64,000 nt of DNA from Bryobacterales bacterium (GCA_963843095.1 CAWJLI010000065.1:1123-65122); one strand, 5' to 3'. Counted from the first letter of the stretch, positions 17,813 to 27,616 are shown. The notes: generated by a model from the letters alone, not told the origin. Translations and numbers: made by a program.

Positions 17813-18832
17813 GTGCGTACAAAAAGCATGCTCAATCGGCTGGTTGCGGGAATTGCCGGTGCCGTCCTAATTGCTGGGGCCTTTGGCGCAGGGATTCTGA
17901 TGCGGCCGCCTCGCCCAGAAAACCAGAAGCCAGGGAAGTTCCCCGAGCAGATCGTGTACGTCCGTTCATCTGATGACGTTGTCAGCGCTGGTGTCATGTT
18001 TTCGCCGCCTCAGACCCAGTCAAAACGACTGGCGGTGATCTGGGTCCACGGCTGGGGAGTGAACTTTTATTTGCCGAGTTACGTGGGGATTGGACGGGCG
18101 CTCGCCACGCTCGGGTATCCCACGATTTCGGTGAACACACGAATGCATGATCTAGGTAATGTTGAAAAGTACACCTCGACCGGGAAACGCGTGCGAGGCG
18201 GCGGCTATTGGGGTATTACGAGCGAGGACGCTCGCGATATCGCCGCCTGGATTGGATATGCCGAACAACTGGGATACAGCCGCGTAGTGCTTGTGGGGCA
18301 CAGCGCTGGATGGGCAAGTGTCGGTCAATATCAAGTCGATTCTGGCGACAAGCGAGTAGCTGGCTTGGTCTTCGCCTCAGGAGAAGTAGTTGGGAATTTG
18401 CAGGGGTCTCACGACCCGAATTCTGGCGACCCGATTTGGATTCGGCAAGCCCAGAAACTCGTCGACGAAGGTGTTGGGGAGGACTTGTTGAGGATTCCTA
18501 ACCGCCCGTTCCCTTCGTTCATTAGTGCGGCGACCGAGTTGGACATGATTCACAGGCCTCGGGAGTACGCTGACTTTTTTGGAACACAAACGTCGAATCC
18601 GCCGGTTCTTCGAGTCAGTTGTCCGCTGCTCGCCTTTTTCGGCACGAAAGGCGATGTTGGCGGCGAAAAGGAACTCCTTCTTCTTAAATCATCAGTACAG
18701 CGCCTTTCCAAGGGGCCCCGGAGCGTCAAGACGACGATGATTACCGCTGGGAACCACGAGTACGTCGGCGAAGAGGCACAAGTCGCTCAGACGATCGCCC
18801 AGTGGGTCGAGGCAGAGGCGCTCACTCGATAG
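17813..18832 (+). CDS. alpha/beta hydrolase with signal peptide
   Basis: VIWVHGWG...VVLVGHSAGW (GxSxG nucleophile elbow). N-terminal hydrophobic signal. Alternative ATG at 17828. Confidence 0.8.
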   Translation: MRTKSMLNRLVAGIAGAVLIAGAFGAGILMRPPRPENQKPGKFPEQIVYVRSSDDVVSAGVMFSPPQTQSKRLAVIWVHGWGVNFYLPSYVGIGRALATLGYPTISVNTRMHDLGNVEKYTSTGKRVRGGGYWGITSEDARDIAAWIGYAEQLGYSRVVLVGHSAGWASVGQYQVDSGDKRVAGLVFASGEVVGNLQGSHDPNSGDPIWIRQAQKLVDEGVGEDLLRIPNRPFPSFISAATELDMIHRPREYADFFGTQTSNPPVLRVSCPLLAFFGTKGDVGGEKELLLLKSSVQRLSKGPRSVKTTMITAGNHEYVGEEAQVAQTIAQWVEAEALTR

Positions 18833-18862
18833 ACCCTGGGTATCGATATACCGTCGAATCGT

Positions 18863-19135
18863 TTACCAATCGCGCTCGGGAAAATGTTGCTTCCGGAACG
18901 CGGGTGAGAACCGAGGCGCCGCCTGGGCGAGTAACGCGCCACTCGGAGAAAGGGAGGATCTGGGCGTAGCGGTCCATAAGTCGGGTTCTGGGAGACGAGG
19001 TCCTGGGACCTGGCCGAAGATGGTCCTTGCCGGAAAAGCACGTCGCACCGCCAATTCGTCCCAGTTGTCCTCCCGCTGCGTGGGGCCGACGCGGCCAAGA
19101 AAAGCTGAGATGACTCTCAACTCCTCGCTGGACAG
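18863..19135 (-). pseudogene. possible degenerate IS5/IS4-type (DUF4096-like) transposase N-terminal remnant
   Basis: LSSEELRVISAFLGRVGPTQREDNWDEL...ARTIFGQVPGPRLPEPDLW loosely follows LSDEEW..I.PLLP..GRPR.D.R..L..I....RTG..WR.LP.EFG.W. It is spread over more than one frame. A weak call. Confidence 0.25.
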
Positions 19136-19203
19136 GCCGCGCCACGGCTCGCAGCCGCCCGCCTGCGCAGTGGTGCTACCATGTGGCTTCCTTGGCCGCC
19201 GTC

Positions 19204-20758
19204 ATGGACCACATCCTTTCCATTGTCCTGTTCACGCCGCTCGCCGGACTGCTGGTGCTGCTCGCCATTCCGTCGTCGAATGCGCGCGCGGTGAAACTGG
19301 TGGGCGAACATCGCCGCTTTCCTGGGCTTCGCGGTTTCCCTTCCGCTGGTCTTCCTGTTCGACCGCACCAAGGACTTTCAGTTCGTCGAAAAGGCGCCCT
19401 GGATTCCCTCCATCGGCGCCACCTATCATTTGGGCATCGACGGCCTCGGCCTGCTGCTGGTGATGCTCACCACGCTGCTGGGCCTGATCTCCATTCTCTC
19501 GAGTTGGAGCGCCATTCAAGAGCGGCTCAAGGAATATTACGCCTTCTTCCTGCTGCTGCAGACCGCCATGCTGGGCGTCTTCATGTCGCTCGATTTCCTG
19601 CTGTTTTTCGTCTTCTGGGAAACGGTGCTGGTGCCTATGTACTTCATCATCGCCATCTGGGGCGGCCAGCGCAGGCAGTACGCGGCGATGAAGTTCATCA
19701 TTTACACGCTGATCGGTAGCGTGCTCATGTTTCTCGGCATTTTGGTCCTCTACTTCCAGCACTTCATGCAGTTCCGCTCTTACAGCTTCGATATCGTGGA
19801 GCTGCTGCGCACGCAGGTACCGGTGACCACCCAGTGGTGGGTGTTCTGGCTCTTCTTCGTGGGCTTCGCCGTCAAAGTGCCCATGTTCCCGTTCCACACC
19901 TGGCTGCCGGACGCGCACACGGAAGCGCCCACCGCCGGCTCCGTGATCCTGGCCAGCGTGCTCTTGAAGATGGGCACGTACGGTTTCCTGCGCTTTTCCC
20001 TGCCGCTGCTGCCGGACGCGGCCAAGAACCACACCGTGATCACGGTGATGGCGGTGCTTTCCATCATCGGCATCGTGTACGGCGCGCTGGCTTCGCTGAT
20101 GCAAAAGGACTGGAAAAAGCTGGTGGCCTATTCTTCGGTGAGCCACCTGGGATTCTGTACGCTGGGGATTTTCGCGCTGAACCCGGCGGGCATTGCCGGC
20201 TCGATCATCCAGCAGATCAACCACGGCATCTCCACCGGCATGCTCTTCCTGATCGTGGGCGTGGTCTATGAGCGGCGCCACACGCGCGAGATCGCCGAAT
20301 ACGGCGGCCTGCTGAAGGTGATGCCGATCTTCACCCTGGTCTTCGGCCTGGCCGCGCTGAGCTCCATGGGGATGCCGCCGCTCAACGGCTTCATCGGCGA
20401 AATCACCATCCTCAGCGGCGCGTATCAGATGTCCCACATGTGGGCCTTCTGGGGCGCGGTGGGAATCGCTCTCGGCGCGGCCTACCTGCTGTGGCTTTTC
20501 CAGCGCACCATGCTGGGCGAGGTTGGCGAGAAGAACCGGGCGATCCCGGATCTGAACTGGCGCGAGATCGCCGTCTTTGCGCCGCTGATCGCCTGGGCCT
20601 TCTGGATCGGCTTGAACCCGCAGCCGTACTTCCGCGTGCTCGACCGCAGCGTGGCGCAAATCGTCCAGCGCGTCCAGCCCGGCTACTACGAGGAGCGGCA
20701 CCTGCCCAACCCGCTGGGGAATGCCCCCCGCCTGACCGCCGCCACCGCGCAGCAATGA
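19204..20758 (+). CDS. nuoM: NADH-quinone oxidoreductase subunit M-like (NuoM/complex I antiporter-like), isolated copy, one frameshift near 19300-19306
   Basis: MDHILSIVLFTPLAGLLVLLAIP... continues in another frame as NIAAFLGFAVSLPLVF...HLGIDGLGLLLVMLT...FVFWETVLVPMYFIIAIWGGQRRQYAAMKFIIYTLIGS. No other nuo genes are adjacent. Confidence 0.85.
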
Positions 20759-21070
20759 ACCCTCGCAGCCGTGAGGCGGGTTGGTAGCCCGCGCGCCGAT
20801 CACAGGCTTGTCAAGTATTTTCAAGCCGCTGCCAACGCGCGGCTTACTGCCGTCTTCCGAAGCTCCCGCCGCCATCTCCAACAGCCTTCCGTGCCACAGT
20901 GAAAGCAGGAGATCGTAGGGGCCCGGCACGCCCGGCCAGCGGTTCGCGCGCGCACCTTATCTTATAGAGCCGACGGCAAAGTGGGGCAAGTTGCCTCACG
21001 AGAACTCGCCACGGTGTCTTGGTTTCAATGACTTAACGCTCCGCCGTGGGGCGAATCCGCCCCACGCGCC

Positions 21071-22099
21071 TTACCGAAGTTGCACCAAGTCCTGGGGTGA
21101 GGGTGCCCCAAGCGGCGACGGCGCCAGGTTCTGCCGGCCGCGCCAGAAATCGATATAGGAAATCTGGTGCACGCAGGCCACGGTGCAGCGCGGAGCGCAG
21201 GCTTTAGCGGTGCGGTATTCGCGGCGGATGTCTTCGAGCGTGTAGTCCATCAGCGGCTTGGCCGGGTAGCCACGCTGTTGCGAGCAGTAGTGAACCAGGC
21301 CGTCCTCGCAGATGTAGAGATAGCGCGCGCCGGCACGGCAGCGCCAGTCGTTCTCTTTGCCGTGCGCGATGTTGTCCTGGAAATAGTTGATCTGCGCGTA
21401 GCTGGATTTCTCCATCGCGCGCATGGCCATATAAACCTCGCGCTCCTCGCCGCCGAGGGGGCGAAGCTGCCCGGCGCCGTCATGAATGATGCCGATGGTG
21501 GAAGTGAAGCCCAGCGCGATCGCACGCCGGCCGATCACCGGGGCGTCCTGCGGATTCCGTATGCCGCCGCCGACCACCGAGTTGATATTGACATGAAACT
21601 CGGCATGCTCGGCCAGCAGGCACAGCTTGCGGTCCAGCACCTTCAGGCTCTTCTTCGAAACATCGTCCGGCATCACGTTGTCGATGGAAATCTGCAGGTG
21701 CTCCAGGCCGGCGCGGTTGAGGCGCTGGATGCGTTCGGCCGTGAGCAGGTATCCGTTGGTGATGAGACCGGCGATCATGCCGTGGTGGCGGATGCGCGCG
21801 ATCAGCAGGTCCAGGTCCGGATGGAGCAGCGGTTCGCCGCCGCTGATGGTGACCACGCTGGTTCCCAGTCGGGCAAGCCGGTCGAGGCGCTGATACATGG
21901 TCGCGATCGAAACCGGTTTCGAGTGGTCGTCGTACTCGTTGCAGTACGCGCAGGAAAGATTGCAGCGCCGCATGGGTATCACGTGCGCCATCACGGGATG
22001 GCGGGTCGAGGCCAGCCCCTTGGCGATCATCCGGATTTCCCTGGCCCGCAGGTGTGCGCGTTTCCAGGACTTTCGGAAACGTCTTCTCAAGTCCCTCAT
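21071..22099 (-). CDS. radical SAM protein with Cys-rich (SPASM/twitch-like) C-terminal region
   Basis: [12 protein letters not shown] (CxxxCxxC), SGGEPLL, and C-terminal [19 protein letters not shown]...CAPRCTVAC. Start set at ATG 22099 (MRDLRRRF). Confidence 0.8.
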   Translation of the reverse strand: MRDLRRRFRKSWKRAHLRAREIRMIAKGLASTRHPVMAHVIPMRRCNLSCAYCNEYDDHSKPVSIATMYQRLDRLARLGTSVVTISGGEPLLHPDLDLLIARIRHHGMIAGLITNGYLLTAERIQRLNRAGLEHLQISIDNVMPDDVSKKSLKVLDRKLCLLAEHAEFHVNINSVVGGGIRNPQDAPVIGRRAIALGFTSTIGIIHDGAGQLRPLGGEEREVYMAMRAMEKSSYAQINYFQDNIAHGKENDWRCRAGARYLYICEDGLVHYCSQQRGYPAKPLMDYTLEDIRREYRTAKACAPRCTVACVHQISYIDFWRGRQNLAPSPLGAPSPQDLVQLR

Positions 22100-22186
22100 A
22101 GAGTGCAAAGTTGCTTCTATTACAACACATGCCGGCCCGGTGGGGCATGCCTTAGCTTGCCAACGCCCGCTTTGCGGGCGCATTCT

Positions 22187-22943
22187 TCAAACCACCGGGT
22201 TGCGCAGCACGCCGATGCCTTCGATTTCCACTTCCACCACGTCGCCTGGCACCATCTTGCGTGTGCGGCCCGGTGTTCCGGTGTAGATTGCATCGCCGGG
22301 CTCGAGCGTCACCCAGCCGCTGATCCAGCTCACGATCGCCGGGCAATCGGAAATCAAATCTGCGGTAGTCTGTTTTTGAACGACTTCGCCGTTCAGCCGC
22401 GTTTGGAGCTGCAGATTGCCGTAATCCAGGCCGGTGACCACCGCCGGCCCCAACGGTGCGAACGTGTCGGAGCCTTTGGCGCGCCACCATTGCATGTCCT
22501 TGGCGGGTCCGTGCTGCCAGTTGCGATCGCTGACATCGTTGCCGCAGGTCACGCCGAGGATTCCCGCGCGCGCTTCCTCCAGCGAGGCATCGCGGAGCCG
22601 TTGGCCGACGATCACCACCAGCTCGCCTTCGTAGTGAACGTCGATCGCATCGCGCGGAATGCGGATCGGGTCCTCGGGGTTCTGCAAAGCGCTCGGCGGC
22701 ATGAAGAAGATTTCCGGGATGCGCGGGTAGCGGCCGTCCGTCCATGTGGCTCCGGTAGTTTCAGCCCACCGCGAGAATCTTGCTCGGCTGGCACGGGCAC
22801 AGCAGTTTCACTTCGGAAAGAGGGCGGACAGCGCTGGTCTCGCTGTAGTGGAACGGATCGCCGCGGATCTCGCGGACGGCGCCATCCTCCAGGATGCCGT
22901 AGGACACGGCTGAGCCGGCACGATAACGAACGAAGCGGATCAT
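22187..22943 (-). CDS. fumarylacetoacetate hydrolase (FAH) family protein, two frameshifts near 22762 and 22730-22738
   Basis: The N-terminus MIRFVRYRAG...SKILAVG, then LNYRSHMDGR, then RYPRIPEIFFMPPSALQNPEDPIRIP...GELVVIVG...GDAIYTGTPG lie in three frames. Confidence 0.8.
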
Positions 22944-23095
22944 AGCTCGCTATTGGATGCGACGCGGGGCGTTCGGATGCGGCGCTCGGGCGTTTCATCG
23001 CGCAATCGCGGACGAAACGAAGCGCGTCGCGACCGTTCGGACGAGCGAGTCCGCCTCGGACGCGGGGTCTCGGTCAACGAGAATGCATTTTTCTC

Positions 23096-23124
23096 TTGAC
23101 TTTCTTCGCGAACAACCTTATATA
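23096..23124 (+). promoter_or_regulatory. sigma70-like promoter (TTGACT-17 nt-TATATA)
   Basis: TTGACT at 23096-23101, a 17-nt spacer, and TATATA at 23119-23124. About 60 nt upstream of the tiny ORF at 23183. Confidence 0.45.
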
Positions 23125-23182
23125 TGAATCACATTGCGATTTTTTTCACGTCGCAAAATTTGATGTTAGGGAGAATCAATCG

Positions 23183-23242
23183 ATGAAGAGCGCAACCAAG
23201 AAACCCGCGAAGAAAAAGGCTGCTCCGAAGAAAAAGAAGTAG
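23183..23242 (+). CDS. 19-aa lysine-rich peptide MKSATKKPAKKKAAPKKKK
   Basis: ATG preceded by AGGGAGA at good spacing, a canonical promoter upstream and a strong terminator downstream. Too short for the ORF track. Confidence 0.4.
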   Translation: MKSATKKPAKKKAAPKKKK

Positions 23243-23287
23243 TCCCGGGTTCGCCCTGAGCAAGGGCGTTCACACAAGTTCCACTCC

Positions 23288-23314
23288 AAGGCCCCGATTT
23301 TCGGGGCCTTTTTC
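23288..23314 (+). terminator. rho-independent terminator
   Basis: AAGGCCCCGA-TTT-TCGGGGCCTT followed by TTTC. A 10-bp GC-rich stem. Confidence 0.6.
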
Positions 23315-23320
23315 ATTGTT

Positions 23321-24313
23321 TCAGGCTTCTTCCTCCGGTTGGCCCGCTCCTTCTTTGCGTTGCACCAACACCCGAAAGGTCTCGCCCATTCCCACCAACA
23401 GCGTCTTCAGTTGCATGCGGCGCCGCATCGCCTCGGCCGGATCGTCCACCTGAAGCACGGACGCGAACCGATCTTCCTCACCGGCCTCGAGCAGCGTTTG
23501 CGCCAGGGTTCGGAAGCTGATGCGCCGCAACCCCAACTGCTCTCCGCGCTCTTCGAGCGCCGTGAAATTGACGTGCGCGGTGATGTCGCGCTCGCCCGGA
23601 TCGGTGAGCACGTCTTCCCTCGCCAGGTGCGAGCGGTACCCCATCAGTGTTCCCCTGGGAAACCGCGCGGCTTCGGTGCGGGTGTATCCGTAGTCGACCG
23701 TAATCGCGCAGCCCGCATCCAGGGCCGCGGCGATGCGGCGCATCCATTCGAGCGCAGCCAGGCCGGCCTCATACCAGTTGCCCTCCTCCGGCGCCGGGCA
23801 ATAGCGCGCCAGATAATCGGCGGTCTCGACGCCGGCGCGCTGGCCGGTCTGCCAAACGAATTTTCCGTCGGAAAATCCAACGCACTGCTCGCGGAACTCA
23901 CCGCCGCGGAAGACAACCACTTCCACCGGCAGGGCGTCGAAGAATTCGTTGGAAAACAGGACACCGCTCCAATGTTCCGGCAGTTTTCCCTCGTCCGTGT
24001 CGATGGGGATGTAGCGGCACGGCGCGAAAGCACCGGCCATCTCGCCGCGTCCGGCCCCCAATTCCACCACTGTGCAGTACGCCGCAACGCCCGCGGCACG
24101 GTAAAGCCGGCGCGCGCACGCGGCCATGAGCAACCCGAAGACCGGCTGCAATTGCTCGGCGGTGTAGAAATCGCCGTGCTTGCCGAACGGATCGCGCCGG
24201 CGCCGGTAATAGCCGTACTGCGGGTGGTAGAGCGCGACTTCCATGAACCGGCGAAAGCTCATCGGGCCAGCGCGGGCGATCTCCGCAGCCAGAATCTCGC
24301 CGGCGGGGGTCAT
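23321..24313 (-). CDS. class I SAM-dependent methyltransferase, MidA/NDUFAF7 (DUF185) family
   Basis: MSFRRFMEVALYHPQYGYYRRR..FGKHGDFYTAEQLQPVFG...VVELGAGRGEMA is the typical MidA N-terminus plus the SAM motif. Confidence 0.8.
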   Translation of the reverse strand: MTPAGEILAAEIARAGPMSFRRFMEVALYHPQYGYYRRRRDPFGKHGDFYTAEQLQPVFGLLMAACARRLYRAAGVAAYCTVVELGAGRGEMAGAFAPCRYIPIDTDEGKLPEHWSGVLFSNEFFDALPVEVVVFRGGEFREQCVGFSDGKFVWQTGQRAGVETADYLARYCPAPEEGNWYEAGLAALEWMRRIAAALDAGCAITVDYGYTRTEAARFPRGTLMGYRSHLAREDVLTDPGERDITAHVNFTALEERGEQLGLRRISFRTLAQTLLEAGEEDRFASVLQVDDPAEAMRRRMQLKTLLVGMGETFRVLVQRKEGAGQPEEEA

Positions 24314-24585
24314 CGGCGCTTATTCTTGTTCTGCGGGGTGTGAAGGAACATCTCCACCAGGTAGTCGTGCATGCAATCGTAGAGGAAGCGCTGGAAGGTC
24401 CAGGCGAACTGAGAATGGTCGATATCGCGTTGGTGAATCGGCGCGTAGTAGGTGTGGGTTCCGGCTGGCGGCTGCTTGAGATCGATCACCAGCTCGATCG
24501 TGCCGTTGCGCTCGCGCGCGGAGAAGCGCAGCAGCGCGTGGTCATAGCGGGCGATTTCGGCCTCCACCTTTTCGAGAGCCGTCAC
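24310..24585 (-). CDS. hypothetical protein, translationally coupled to the MidA-like gene
   Basis: 91-aa ORF whose stop overlaps the downstream start (ATGA). No family recognised. Confidence 0.5.
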   Translation of the reverse strand: MTALEKVEAEIARYDHALLRFSARERNGTIELVIDLKQPPAGTHTYYAPIHQRDIDHSQFAWTFQRFLYDCMHDYLVEMFLHTPQNKNKRR

Positions 24586-24599
24586 GGACCTATGCTAGC

Positions 24600-25220
24600 G
24601 TGAAATCAAGTATGGCGCTACCCACCACCGTCCGCGTCAAACTGAGCACGGAAGCCGCCGGAGCGATCATGATCACTCCGGTGGTGGTACAGGAATTGCC
24701 CATCCGCGACCTGGTGGGGTACATGCTGGCCGTCGCCGGCAAGGATGAGGGGCGCCTGTACGAAATCCTGCTGCGCGGCTCGCTGGTGAGCGGCGCCTCG
24801 CGGCTGCGCTGGCCCGGATGGGAAGCCGACCGCGAGAGCCTGCGCGAGATGCTGGCGACTTTCCCCGATCCCGACCCGACGCTCGAGTTTGCGGCCGGCC
24901 GCTGCACGCGCGCTGTGTTGACCGGCGGCAGGCTGGCGATCGAGATCGGCCGTGAAGCGGCTTCGAGCGGCGGCCTGTTCCGGCGCAGCGGATTCTGGGA
25001 GGAGCTGATGGAGATGGTAAGCGCCTCCGCGCCAGTGTATGCCGGTTATTCCTACCGCGACGCGGCCGACCGCTACCGCTGCCTGCTGACCGCCGGAACG
25101 TGCGCGCGACTCCGCGCCGCCGCGCAGAGCCTGCGCCACTCCACCCTGCGCGCCCGCATCCAAACCGAAGCGTTCGCCGTGGTGGAAGTGTACACCGAGC
25201 GGCGACCCGTTCAGAGGTAG
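24600..25220 (+). CDS. hypothetical protein
   Basis: 206-aa ORF (GTG at 24600, or ATG at 24612). GC3-rich coding pattern. No family recognised. Confidence 0.5.
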   Translation: MKSSMALPTTVRVKLSTEAAGAIMITPVVVQELPIRDLVGYMLAVAGKDEGRLYEILLRGSLVSGASRLRWPGWEADRESLREMLATFPDPDPTLEFAAGRCTRAVLTGGRLAIEIGREAASSGGLFRRSGFWEELMEMVSASAPVYAGYSYRDAADRYRCLLTAGTCARLRAAAQSLRHSTLRARIQTEAFAVVEVYTERRPVQR

Positions 25221-25304
25221 GACAGACGATCGGTTTCCGTCGTCTGTCTGCCTTCGCCAGGGGACGCGCCGCATGATAGACGACAAAAGGCGATCGTCTG
25301 TCCT
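25219..25304. terminator. nested inverted repeats between convergent genes (bidirectional terminator candidate)
   Basis: AGGACAGACGATCG (25219-25232) is perfectly complementary to CGATCGTCTGTCCT (25291-25304). There is also a local hairpin GACAGACGA/TCGTCTGTC (25221-25229 / 25240-25248). Confidence 0.5.
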
Positions 25305-25318
25305 ATCTTGCCCGCCGG

Positions 25319-26680
25319 CTACTCCTCGACGGCTCCGGTGTCTTCGGCGCGGTTCTCGAACTTGGTCTGCGCGTGGAGGAAAACCAGGTTGACCGTTCCC
25401 ACCGGACCGTTGCGCTGCTTGGCCACGATCAGCTCCGCCAGTCCGCGCAGGTCTTCGCGGTCTTTGTTGTAGACTTCCTCGCGAAAGATGAAGCCCACCA
25501 AGTCGGCGTCCTGCTCGATGGATCCGGATTCGCGCAGGTCGCTCAACTGGGGCCGGTGATCGCCCTGGCGGTTCTCCACGGCGCGGCTCAATTGCGACAG
25601 CACCAGCATAGGGACATTCAGCTCCTTGGCCAGCAGCTTCATGCCGCGGGAGAGTGCGCTCACCTCTTGCACGCGGTTCTCGAAGCGGCCGCGGCCGGTC
25701 ATGAGCTGCAGGTAATCCACGATGACGAGTCCGACGTGATGTCGCTCCACCTGCAGGCGCCGCAACTTGGCGTGCATGTCCATCAGATGGACGCCCGGCG
25801 TGTCGTCGACGTAAAGCGGCGCTTCCACCAGCTCGGTCAGCGCGTGGTGCAGCTTGCGCCGCTCCTCCTGGTTGAGATAGCCGGCGCGAAAGCGCTGGCT
25901 GTCGACCCGCGCCGACGCGCACAACATGCGGGTCAGCAGCGACTCCTTGGACATTTCCAGCGAAAAGATGGCCACCGTCTGCTTCAGCTTGAGCGCCACG
26001 TGCTGCGCGATGTTCAGCGCCAGCGCGGTCTTTCCCATCGACGGACGTCCGGCCAGGATGAGCAGTTCCCCGCCGTGCATCCCGCCCGACAGGTCGTCGA
26101 ACTTGGCGAAGCCGGTGCTGATTCCCTTGATACGCTTGCTGGGGTCGAGGAACGCGTTGACACCGCCTTCATAGCCGGTGACGATATCGTGGGAATTCTC
26201 CAAGCCGTTCTTGAGCCGCGTGTCGCCCAGCTTGAGCAGGGTTTCCTCGGCGCCGGCGAGAATTTCGTCCGGCTCCTCTTCGCCCATCAGGCAGCGGCTC
26301 ATCATGTTCTGCGAGGCGAAAATGATGCGCCGCAGAATCGACTTGTCCTTGACGATGCGGATATAGCTGTCCAGGTTCGGAAGCTGCGGCAGGCCGTCAT
26401 CGAGAGAAACCAAGTAGCTCAGCCCGTCGCAGGCTTCGAGCTCGTTGAACTTCATCAGCTCGTTGGCCACCGTGACGCGGTCGATCTTTTCGCCCCGTTC
26501 CTGCAACTCGCCCATGCGCCGGAAGATGCGCCGATGCTTCTCCAGGCTGAAGTCGTCGGGCTCCAGCGTCCCGGCCGCCTGCACGTACATGGCCTCATCG
26601 AGGAGAATCGAGCCGAGCACGAATCGCTCGGCGTCAAGATTGACGGGGAGTCCCTTCTCAATGGCACTGGGAACGATCAT
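25319..26680 (-). CDS. dnaB: replicative DNA helicase DnaB
   Basis: N-terminus PVNLDAERFVLGSILLD, Walker A GRPSMGKT, IVDYLQLM, and the arginine-finger region SQLSRAVE. Confidence 0.95.
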   Translation of the reverse strand: MIVPSAIEKGLPVNLDAERFVLGSILLDEAMYVQAAGTLEPDDFSLEKHRRIFRRMGELQERGEKIDRVTVANELMKFNELEACDGLSYLVSLDDGLPQLPNLDSYIRIVKDKSILRRIIFASQNMMSRCLMGEEEPDEILAGAEETLLKLGDTRLKNGLENSHDIVTGYEGGVNAFLDPSKRIKGISTGFAKFDDLSGGMHGGELLILAGRPSMGKTALALNIAQHVALKLKQTVAIFSLEMSKESLLTRMLCASARVDSQRFRAGYLNQEERRKLHHALTELVEAPLYVDDTPGVHLMDMHAKLRRLQVERHHVGLVIVDYLQLMTGRGRFENRVQEVSALSRGMKLLAKELNVPMLVLSQLSRAVENRQGDHRPQLSDLRESGSIEQDADLVGFIFREEVYNKDREDLRGLAELIVAKQRNGPVGTVNLVFLHAQTKFENRAEDTGAVEE

Positions 26681-27015
26681 GGCAACCGACCTAGCTTAGC
26701 CTCTTGCGGTGCACTGTTACAGAAAATATACGGTCCGCGTTTTGACGAAGATAGGCTCAGGATAAAACATGCCCCCTCGGCCTCGCGGGCGCCACGCCGC
26801 AACTCCCGCGCAATCAGCGCATCCCATTTAGATTTCCGCAACAGTGCACCCACTTTCCACAGCCTTTCCACCTTGGGCGGAAATATCTTCTTCTTTTGTA
26901 CCGGATTCCACTACAAGATGCCAGCTTTATGTTTTAGAGGGACGGCTCAAAATCGCGCTCAAAATCGCTGACGCCGCCCAAATCCGGCATAATCGCTGGA
27001 GGAGGATCTACTTGC

Positions 27016-27616
27016 ATGCCCACTTGGGCGATCTCGCATGGCATGTGGTCGGACATTTTCGCGGTGGGCGTTCCGGTACTGGAAAAGGTCATCCGCCCGA
27101 TCATCGTCTACTTCTTTCTGGTGCTCCTGCTGCGGGCATTCGGCAAACGCGAACTGGCGCAATTGAATCCCTTCGATCTGGTGGTGCTGCTGTCGCTGTC
27201 GAACACGGTGCAGAACGCTATCATCGGCAACGATAACTCGCTCTCGGGCGGTTTGATCGGCGCCTTTACCCTGCTGGGAGTGAACTACATGGTGGTGCGT
27301 TTCCTGTTTCGCCACCGCCGGCTGGATCAGCTTTTCGAGGGCGAGCCCACCTCGCTGGTGGACCACGGCAAAATCGTCGACCGGGCGCTCGCCAAGGAAC
27401 TGCTCACCCGCGCCGAGCTGGTGACGGTTCTGCACCGCCAGGGCTTCGACAGCGTCAACGACGTGGAGCGCTGCGTGCTCGAACCGGGAGGCGACCTTCT
27501 ATGTCCAGCGGAAGTCGCCGCCGGCTGACGAGTTGCAACATGCCGAGCTGATCGGGCGGTTGAATGAACTGAGCGGCAAGCTCGACCGGTTGCTGGCCGC
27601 GAAGAGCGGCGCCTGA
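27016..27616 (+). CDS. DUF421 (YetF-like) membrane protein, frameshift near 27488-27495
   Basis: FGKRELAQLNPFDLVVLLSLSNTVQNAIIG is the DUF421 core. After VLEPGG the sequence continues in another frame as TFYVQRKSPPADELQHAELIGRLNELSGKLDRLLAAKSGA, with the stop at 27614-27616. Confidence 0.75.
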
